In this document: positions 12,849 through 22,322 of the stretch, in pieces
How positions within the stretch are numbered: the first letter of the stretch is position 1
How the letters are laid out: every line of letters starts with the position of its first letter
Assembly: GCF_052425735.1 (NCBI RefSeq)
Contig: NC_135768.1
Location: forward strand, 21,328,001-21,392,000
DNA from: Oculina patagonica
Lineage: Eukaryota
Direction: 5' to 3'
DNA length: 64,000 bases
Made by a program: the position numbers and the translations under genes
Notes under the pieces: generated by a model
What the model saw: the letters and a program-made list of their open reading frames with translations, nothing else
Told to the model about the DNA's origin: nothing
Database searches by the model: none

Positions 12849-12916
12849 CAGGAGCCATATCATGGGGACAACCTCAATCTTGCGCTTACGGTCTCCGTCC
12901 CCGATTATGGCTCCTG
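12849..12916. mobile_element. 68-bp mini-MITE
   Basis: TIR caggagccata / tatggctcctg, 7-bp direct flank ctagaac; absent from paralogous sites near 30450 and 51750. Confidence 0.75.
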
Positions 12917-13274
12917 CTAGAACCAAATAACTAATTTGATTCTTAATGTATGAAGCTACACCCCACTGAAATGATACAATGAACTGCTGAATGTTTCAAG
13001 CTTTTCACACAAAACAGAGAATACAAAAATCTATATTATGCGATAACTTCTTATTCACGCAGAACACTGATGCAATCAGAACGAGAATCGATCCTTTAAA
13101 TCTATAGTCAATAGACTTGAATTATTTAAAACTGAATAAAGAAATAAATTTTTTCAATTATTACTACTACAATAACAATAAATGATCTACAACAACTACA
13201 ATTTCTCTTCGGAAAACATCTACAAAACATGCCGTAAACGGCCATTATGAGCGGCTTTCTCGTTTGATGGATTG

Positions 13275-15961
13275 TCAAGATTTGAAAATAACTGCTGCAT
13301 ACCGCTGACCTTTGTTACTCGCAGGAGCAATCGTCAGCTTTCCACGTCTCCTCTGTCGTACCCAGTTCACCGTTAGACAAATGAACGCGGACAGTAACAA
13401 GCTGGCCACGACAGAGATCCAAATGCTGTGTTTCTCGATGATCGAGGAAATACCCCGTCTGTTATCATTGCGAGATTCTTTCTGAGCTCCTTCTGTATCT
13501 GGGACCTTGCTGCTAAGCTCTATGGAATTAGGTGATGCAGTCGTGTTTGAACGCAAAATAGAAGCTTGAGTTCCATTTTCTCTTTTCCGAAGCTCGCTTA
13601 AAATTTGGTGAAGAGAGTTTCCGGCACGGTATTTTCTTGAATTCTGAATGGGGTTGCTTGCATTATGTTTGGTTCGCGGTGAAGGTCGACGCGTGCCGCG
13701 GTGACTGTTGGGTATTATTGGAAATCCCAGATGATCAAGTGGAACAGAGCTTCTGTTTCCTTTTAATAGTTTATGTATTTGAACTTCTGTTAGTCCTGTT
13801 AAATTCAGGGCAGATCCAGTTGGCCTTGGTGTGTTTCTTCGTCTCGTTGGCCAGCCAAAGAAAGGGCGTTTATAGGTTGTAGCTACTGTGGGGACCCCCG
13901 TGGTGGTTACGTTTTGCACTTGGGTTGTGTTGGCGGAACCGGAAGTGTGATTACTGGACACATCGCGCTTGATTCGGCGCCCGTGATTCCAAGAAGCTAA
14001 AGCGATTATGAGAAAAAATGTTAAGTTAAATCAGTGACAGATCAAGATTACATTTTGGGAAGAAACTCCTTATTTGACAAGAACTAGCCTCCCACGCAGT
14101 CGTTCTTAGGGGCGATCGTGTTCGTGGGGAGGAGTGAAAGACGATCGCCCCTTAGAACGACTGCGTGGGAGGCTAACAAGAACGGACTTCACGCAAACGT
14201 TTTTGTGTTGAAAGGCCATTTATACTTTTTACAGAGGAAAAGGCTGCGATCTTTTGCATGGCGAAACACAAAGAAGGAAAATAACGGATCCAAAAGTTGC
14301 TTTCTTTCGTAACTGGAATTTATATATAGCTGAAAAAACTAAGTTGCTTAAGCTTTGTCTTCAGTAAAAATGCTCTTAGAAGCTATATTTATTTACTGTT
14401 TAAATAGTAAACAAAATCAACGTCCGTTGCACAACAAATCTCCCTGCAGTATCATGCAAACACACTGAGCAGACCATTTGCTTAACGATTTTCATGATGG
14501 TATGCTCGACTTTATGCACAGAAACCAGTCCTTTAAAAGAAAGTAAAATAACCAAAGCCAGTTTGGCCTCCTTACAGCTCGAAAACCAGGCCAAAGACAC
14601 GAAAATAGGCTTGCAGTGACCTGGTGACTAGGATTATGTTCACTTGTACACTGTAATCTGGGCGCTCCTTAGTCTGTAACTATTTCTGTGTTTATATAAC
14701 AAAGATAACATAAAAGGGTTTCCTTTAGCAAAGTTTGTTTGATATCAAGTTCTGTATTTTTAATCTCTGAAGTTTGCTGATCTATAATTTTAATACGGTT
14801 TTAATCCGCATTTATTTCTACTGTCGTGGAGGGGGTAAAAACGGCCCCATCTAGGCTGGCAAAAAAAATTGCATCATGCACCCAAAAGTGCAATAACCCC
14901 CTCTCCTCCTAAACCATTTCCAATACAAGAGGGAATGTTTCATTAAAATTGCATGAATAAAAATTTAAACTGAAAAAGCTCGATTGACTTCGTGCTGTCT
15001 CAGTCTTTTGTTTTCAGAATCTTTTAAGAAGTATTAACAGTCACGAAAATTAAGGGTCAAGTTAAAAAGAAGTGGTGAGTAAAACTGCGCCAAGAAAAGA
15101 CATTCAACAAAATGAAAATTAACATTATATTAAGATACATCTTGCAATTGCTTAAGGACTTCCGTGTTTAAAAATCAAACCTTGAACATTTTCCAATGCT
15201 GGCGCAAACTGCTTCCATTTAAGAACAAAAGAGGAATTTTGGCTTTTTAACGCTATGTTTGCAAACAGTACAACTTCAACGGGATTTTTTTCCGGTGTTT
15301 TTTTTCTTTTTTATCGTGTTGTGTGCGACGTGCATGAAAATATGGATAGATCAAAAGTCAAGATGTCCTGCCGTAAACTAGCTCAGTGGCCTTTTTTTTT
15401 TCCATTGTGGATATAACAAGAACTTTTTCTGCTCTGTGAGTGGTCGCTATCCACGTATAATGTCGACAGCCTCTAAATGTTTGAGTACCACTTCGATAAC
15501 AATCTGCAGCAATACGCGAAACACTTAGTGTTCCGCTGTGAATTTACGCAACAATAATGCAAACATTTTCTTCCTTGACCACGAAACGTGTCTGATTCTC
15601 AACGAAGAATCATGCAGAAATTAAGATAAAGAAAGGAAAAGGAAACTTAAACTACCAGTTCTTTTGTCTAATAGCTTACCGAATTTGTCAAAAAGTGCTT
15701 GGAAAAGATTTACGAATCATTGATATTGCGTAACGGTTTCCCTCCATTGAAGAAGACAGGAGTTCGATCCATGAAATTTTCAGTTCCTTTAACCCCCCGA
15801 CAAGTGCAGTTTCTACTAAAAAAACATCGCAAAATTAGATTGCACTGACCTTCTTCTTGTTGCCTTAAATTGCTGGTTGTAGCGGATACTGTGATCAGCA
15901 GGAAGTTAGAGGAAACAACGAAAACCGCAACAGCTAGGACTGCAGGACAAAATGATTTCAT
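13275..15961 (-). CDS. Uncharacterised type I membrane glycoprotein, paralog 1 (277 aa)
   Basis: complement(join(13275..13996,15850..15961)). Exon 1 MKSFCPAVLAVAVFVVSSNFLLITVSATTSNLRQQEE (signal peptide) ends phase 1 at a GTCAGT donor. Exon 2 after tttag reads ASWNHGRRIKRDVSSNHT..., TM SIWISVVASLLLSAFICLTV, tail ending AAVIFKS. Splice sites and frame conserved in three paralogs. Confidence 0.85.
14085..14175. mobile_element. 91-bp hAT-type mini-MITE in paralog 1 intron
   Basis: TIR tagcctcccacgcagtcgttct / agaacgactgcgtgggaggcta; 8-bp TSD acaagaac (14077-14084, 14176-14183); empty site tgacaagaac in paralog 2. Confidence 0.9.
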
Positions 15962-17050
15962 TTTCAAACTGCAGCGTCGTTCGACCACAAGGAGATTCTT
16001 GCTCACTTTGAGTCGGGAGAACTCCTCTTAGCTACTGTATGACAATTGGTGCAGTTGTACCTTGCGAGAACTTTCACAGAACTAATTCTTAGACTGTGTT
16101 TTACGTCTTAAGTACCTCGCTACCTGAGCCTTCAAGGCGAACTTTTTTGTGTGATTGGCAGTACACTTAGCGGCTGTCATACATGACACTCATATTTGTG
16201 GTCAGAATTAATTTTCTTTACAAGGGCGCCACTTGTCTCCTCGCCTTAAGGATAGGAAGTTGTAAAGCGACTCGATTATTCAACACAAAATGATATTTCC
16301 TGAGCTTATACGGACTCTGTTGCACTGAATTCATTCATGTATTTGCATATCTCCCAGTCGGCCACCAAAGCATGACCGGAGCAAGAATATCAATCCATAG
16401 ATCGATCGACTCTGTGCGTTTCGTTAGAGAATTTTGAGCTTTAGAGCTATACTTTGAAATCAAATCATATTCACATTTGAAAACGCCAGCGAAGGCAAAT
16501 GTAAAAATACTAAGCCCTTTGCTAAATAGTCTTTTCTAATGGAGGAGATATCATTAGCTCAAAGAATTGTGCTACGCGCTTGGGAGGGTCACGTGGTTTC
16601 TTGGAAGGCAGGAGAATCATTCTTAATTGAGAGTAGTACACTCGAACCGGCTAGGACAAAATTAGATATATTGCGTAAGCGAGGCCACTGCCTTACTACC
16701 CGCCTACAGAGACCTCGAATTATGGCGGTCAGGGTAACTTTGGAAAAGATAAAATGGTTCCGCTAAAGCAATGTCCGGATCAGAACGAAAGTCCGATTTT
16801 TAATAGCTCTGGTTAACTTTTCGTGTCGTGCATTGAAAAGCACTTAATAAACCAAACTCTTTGCACGGTTTAGCCGTTCGAATTTCAAAAGATAAGGAAG
16901 TCTTTTGACAGGAAGGGAAGATGTTTAAGCCTCAGTCCCTGAATAATTTTCGCGAATTAGATTTGAAGTAAGTCCTGAATGTCCTGAATGTGGAATCGAG
17001 TTTCCCAGGGAAGAGGCGACAGCACAAAGGTTAAAAATTAGAGTTTTATA

Positions 17051-17779
17051 CAGGGACCGCGCAGGAAGAATTTGAGTGGGGGGGGGGGGGGGGGGGCTTA
17101 AACTCGAACACGAAAGCGTGAGCCAACTACGCGGGGGGGGGGGCATGCTCCCCCGGGAAATTTTGAATTTCAATTCCTCTTAGTTACTGGAAAATGAATT
17201 TGAAATTAAAAATTTAAACGTTCAGTGCTTAAAAAGTTTTTGTAAAATGACAAAACGTTGCGATAAAGAGACGTTGCTCCACAAAACGTTCGATATAACT
17301 ACTGAGATGTTACCAGAACGAATGAAAACAATAGAGACAATTTCACTTTCATTGTTACAAAATGGATTACCTTTTGTTAGCATGAGCTCGAAAACAAATC
17401 GTACTGACTTATTAACTTAACCCATTTGTTCGGATCGAAACTGGCCAATGAAGAAACAGGCGTTTTTCATGAGAAGTGTTCTCGCCCTTCTGTAGTAGTT
17501 TAACATTTTTCCATTATAACTGAAAACCTTTAATACAATTGTCCGCATTTACTTGTTTTTTTTTTATGTATCTAAGTTAAGGGTGAGTCTATTTTGCTAA
17601 TAGTAACTGCTGTTACTTTCATCCTTTGCAAACTAAGTCAATACTATGCATCCACAAACGAAATATTTTCAGTAATTTTTCGTTGTTTTATATTCATTAT
17701 ATATTTTTTCATGTTACTGTAAAAAAGTGGGGGGGGGGGGGCTAAAGCCCCCCTAGCCCCTCCCTCTCCGCGGTACCTG
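17051..17779. mobile_element. Non-autonomous hAT-like element with 5-bp TSD
   Basis: Termini cagggaccgcg / cgcggtacctg, flanks ttata/ttata; empty site gagttttacaaacat in paralogs 2 and 3. Confidence 0.8.
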
Positions 17780-18739
17780 TTATAAACATAAAAAAACACG
17801 CAATCAATGTTAAAGGGAGGAAGGTTATTTCAATACGAACTAGAACTAGACCCCTAAATCTTTGTTTAACACTGCTTCTTAGAAACATAACATGTTAATG
17901 AAATGTTGCATTGAGGTATGTGACAATCAAGTTGAATAGTTCGAATTGTCGATGACAGTCCAATTCTGCAGCCCTTCGATATTAAACGGAAAGCCCTTAA
18001 GTACTGAAGTATATATTTATAGCAATTAATGACGTTGCATTATTCGAAAGGTTGCTACGAATTTTAAAATAGGGTCAGAGATTTTTGTGCAAAGGTTAAG
18101 GCATAACAGTTTTACAAACATAAAAAAAACACGCAATCAACGTTAAAGAAAGAACAGCCGAGCTTTTTTTCCAGACGAGCTGAAAAGAAAAATACTACAC
18201 GCGATTTAAGATCAGTTAAGTTTTAACTTGTTTTGGTAGAACATAACTTCTTTATGAAATGTTGCATTTAGATGCTTGACGAAAACATTTGATGTTTAAA
18301 TATCCGATGACAAGTCTTTTTAATCTAGCTCTTCTGTATTTAAGGTAAGCCGAAAAGTAGACAAGTACCAGTGTATTTTATACCAATTATAACCCAAACG
18401 AACTTAAATTTACTTGAAAAACTGATAAGCGAGTTCAAAGCGATTTCAAAGCGATAACAGAGGTTTTTGAATAAGGTGTTGATAAAAATTAAATATAAAA
18501 AGGAAATCTCAATACAGTATTTAAATTTAGAAAATCGATAACCAGTTGTCCATTATAAGGTCCAGTTCAGACACAAAATATTTGACTTTTACCAAACATA
18601 AATAAGCTATAAATACCTTCAATTCGGCGAAATTAAACAATTTTCGGCCTCTGAATCGATTGAGCGCGACTGATCTCATTAGGAAGAGCGCGGCCGATCG
18701 TCACGCCCGGCTCATCCGGGAATTAGGCTTCGGAGCGAC

Positions 18740-18950
18740 TCTGACCATTGTCAACTGTTCTTGGACAAAACGCTAGCTTTACTCTTTCGGTCTCTCTCCA
18801 CGAAGAAGTATAAATGGGTACCGCGGCGAATGGTCAGGAAAACCTGAAACATTGTTGAGAGATGAGCTTCGATGGACTAGCATCCCATCTTGCTGCTGAG
18901 GGAGCCAATGCTGACTCCAGGTCTCGCTCATGTTATCTCATAACTCGGCA
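18740..18950 (+). mobile_element. Decayed SINE body
   Basis: ctctctccac...gtataaatgggtacc...gatggactagcatccca motif typical of cnidarian SINE central domains; diverged copies near 19770, 41000-41070 and 60350-61035. Confidence 0.45.
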
Positions 18951-20482
18951 TACCGTTCATTTGCTTGACTTACTCAATAACTTCTTTCCCCCGCTGGGGC
19001 ATACAGAATCGGGCCATAATGTCATCTTGAAAATAATTTTAAAAGCGTAAAAAATTCGTCGGCTGACTTTTTACTTTTAAATTTTAATCGATAAAACTTT
19101 CCCCAGTTGAGATTAGCTTGAGATTATTAACACTGGTATAAATAGTACCGTTATATTTGATTTGAGCAGTCGGCGAATGTATTAATCTTATAAACACAAC
19201 CGAACATCTCTAAAGTTAACGCAAGCTGCGAAGGAGACCAAAGGTTATGAGGCTAACTCGATAATACCTTTACTGGTACAGTATGAGATTGTGTGTTTGA
19301 ACTGTAGCCGGCAAGAAAGTTTTGAATTTTAAATTCTTTTCCCAAGTTTTTGGCAGAAATCTTTATTCCTGGGAAAGCACATTTAAAGCATGAAAAATTC
19401 TGCATACCATTCCATTAGCTTATAATTACTTTCTTTAGTTAAGTTATTTCGGCGCCTAAATTATCAGGTTAAAAAGCGGGATTTTCTTGATCTCGACTAA
19501 ACTACTGTAGTATTTCAAATTAAATTAGACTTATAAACTGTCGGCGTTTGAACGAATATATTTATTCCACGAGCCGAGCTAATTCAACCTAAGTAAGTAT
19601 TTGGAAATCAGTTAGGTGCCTAAAACAGTTAAGTACTGTTAATTTCATTTTGGAACGGCTCAATCGATCGCCACGCTGGCTCAGCCGGAATTACAGCTAT
19701 CAGCAACTCTGACTCAGACGCCGAAATTGTGCTGTGTTCAGTCTTGTGCAAGTCTCTCCTGACCCAAGAGTATAAATGGCTTTCAGCGAACCGTTACTAA
19801 AAAGAAAAACAAGCAAAATGCCAGGAAGTATCCTTGAATGGACTAGCAAGGAAGGCAGCTAGTCCAGGTTCCGTTCATAAAAACGATTGTCATATCGCTG
19901 ATTTACATCTTTTGTTAATGATATTACTAAGATCGGCGCCATAATCAAAAGGGAGGATTTTCTTGATTTGGCCCATATTCGAATTAAGTTAGGCTCATTT
20001 GAACGTTTGGCGCCAAAACAGCTAAGATGGAAACGGTGATGCCGAAAAGTTAAAGAAGCACCGCCTGAACTACCACTCAGTTGCTAATGAAGACTTAAGA
20101 GGCTCCGACTGAGAATATGAAGAATCGTTGGACAGGCTGGGGAAATCGAAAATCTTGAAACTTTGCCTGAATAACACCTTTGGGGAACTATGTTCGAAAA
20201 TATTATTCTCATCTTCTAGGAATTTATGGTTTTCGAGAAATTAAGAAAAAACGAAAATAACGGTTTTAGCTCATTAAATATGCAAAAAATATGCGTAAAA
20301 ATGGCAAAGTTCTCGATATTCCTATAAGAGCAATTTTCAATGCTTTGAATCGAAATAAACTTAAAATAATAGCTTGACCTTTCTTCTACCAGGCAACATA
20401 AACTTTCAATTTTTTTCCGGCTATTTTGAGGTTTCCTTCGCCTTTTAAAATACTGCTTTATCAAGCACTTCGGGAAAGGGCA

Positions 20483-21342
20483 AATTTTTTACAAAATACT
20501 AGTGAGCAGCACAAGCAACGAAGAAATCTTGTTGACTGAAGTTTTATTCTCCTGGACAATTTTTTAATTTTTTAAAAAATTTTTTACAAAATACTAGTGA
20601 GCAGCACAAGCAACGAAGAAATCTTGTTGACTGAAGTTTTATTCTCCACCGGTTTCGTCTGATAACTACAGACTTCGTCAGGGAGTTTGAACAAGATTAC
20701 ATTGGAAACTTATTTTATACCTATCTAATGTAGGACAAATCACGTTCCCATAAGTTAAGGGTGTGAACACATAACACCCACTAGAAATACGCGCAGGATA
20801 TGACTAAGATCCTGCGTAAAATAGTAATGTTTAATTTTGGGGCTCACGGATTTAACGTTAAATCCGTGAGCCCCAAAAAATAATTATTTACATAGATGTG
20901 CTAACGTTTGAGTAGACTTATAGCTAACAATACAGCTAAGATCGGGTAAATGCTTAAGAATAACTTTTTTGATCCCAACATAACTACAATTAAAGGAAGT
21001 TTTAAATACCACTCCTTTTTGTCGTTGCGGCCTATTATACTTAGAAAACCATTTCCTCCTATTGCTATAGTTTATGTCCTTAAAAATAGGTAACAAAAAC
21101 TTAGCAGGATACCCCCTAAGGCGTAAGCGTGTCCAGAAAAGCTGGCGGGTTTCATTAAATGAATTATATGTGGAGCTATTTCTGGCATAGCGCATAAGTT
21201 CGCCTTTGATAAAGCCGCGTTTGTTGCTAGAGGGGTGAAATGATTCGAATGGTATATATGTGGAGCTATTTCTGGCATAGCGCATAAGTTCGCCTTTGAT
21301 AAAAGCGCGTTTGTTGCTAGAGGGGTGAAATGATTCGAATGG
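20483..21342 (-). mobile_element. PLE-A: 5'-truncated Penelope-like element (RT C-terminus, 3'UTR, hammerhead, duplicated terminal unit)
   Basis: ORF 20884..21285 YIPFESFHPSSNKRGFIKGELMRYARNSS...RLRLRGYP matches the PLE RT C-terminal region and stops without a GIY-YIG. ~90-bp tandem duplication 21165-21342; ~70-bp terminal unit twice (20483-20552, 20578-20647). Confidence 0.85.
20644..20687 (-). ncRNA. Hammerhead-like motif of PLE-A (variant cleavage site)
   Basis: Minus strand: ctcc-CTGACGA-a-gtctg(tagttat)cagac-GAAA-ccgg-T-ggag. The H17 nucleotide appears missing or is G, so activity is uncertain. Confidence 0.65.
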
Positions 21343-22322
21343 AATAAAAATAAATGACAGGCCTGCACGGACTCCCTGTGTGCCTTTTGTGGTCGCGTCG
21401 CATTAACACCTTCAAATTATATTTTTGCTCTAACAAGCATGTCTTTCAGGGATTTACCCTTTTTGAAAGAGACGATCGGAGGATTTTTAAAGATCGTTTT
21501 CAGCAAAGGCTGATTTTGTATTAGGCTCCATTGTTCCATCAGTATTTGTTTAACGTTTTTAACAGCCGGGTGGTATGTGGTGACAAAAGGCAAAATCCTC
21601 TCGTGACTTTTTTTCTTTTGTGTAAGAGCCGATTGTCTAGAGGCAAAGTTGACCTCTGACAAAGACCTTTCTATGATGTTTTCGGGATACCCGCGTGCTT
21701 GAAGGCGTTGTTTGAATTTCACAAGGCTCTCTTCAAATGTTTTTTTCGAAGAGTTTGTTCTGAGCAATCTTATTGCTTCGCCTTTAATGAAACCGTCCAT
21801 CAAGTTTATTTACCAATTTACAAACAGTCTCTTGTAAGTCAGAGAGTCCTTTTCGTAATTCGGCTATTTCTTCATTGTTGTTTTTTACAATGTTCGCCGA
21901 AGGCGTTTGGTTGAGAGGTTGCCTATTTACATTTGTTTGTTTACGGACTGAGGGTACATTGTTAGCCCTCCGTTTATGGCTCTCGAGCCTTCGTTTATGG
22001 AAGCGAGAAAGGGCATCCACCAAGCTTTGCTCTGCTTGTTGTTTGATACCCTTTATTTCTCTATCGAAGGTGGTGTCTGGCGTAATGTTTGGTTTGGCCG
22101 TATATTGCAAAGATTTCGGACAAGTCCGATTTGCTAAATGTTTCTCAAGTTTTTCGATAGATTGTTCTGTTTTGGCTATTTTAGCCTGCACAGCGTTTGT
22201 GTCTGTGTATTTCCTTTTCTGTCCTCGCTTCACAGGGTTTTGTCCGTTTTGTCTTGGCGGGCTGTTTTCACGTTGTCTTTTAGGCTGGTACTGAGTTGAA
22301 CGTACTGGCCGTGGTTGCGATG
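21343..22322 (-). mobile_element. PLE-B copy 1 (inverted, 5'-truncated, RT-deleted)
   Basis: Near-identical reverse complement of 23637-24616; carries ORF 21417..21803 GFIKGEAIRLLRTNSS...ARGYP...LPFVTTYHP...LVRAKI. Confidence 0.9.

Noticed and set aside
13275-13295. C-terminal VIFKS/VIFKA as a PDZ ligand for the neighbouring GRASP, implying a functional gene pair
   Set aside because: The terminal residue is S/A rather than the usual V/L/I/F, and adjacency alone is no evidence in an animal genome.
16060-16600. Heat-shock-like element (gagaactttc) and E-box (gtcacgtg) upstream of the paralogs
   Set aside because: Short motifs whose recurrence follows trivially from recent duplication; the HSE spacing is incomplete.
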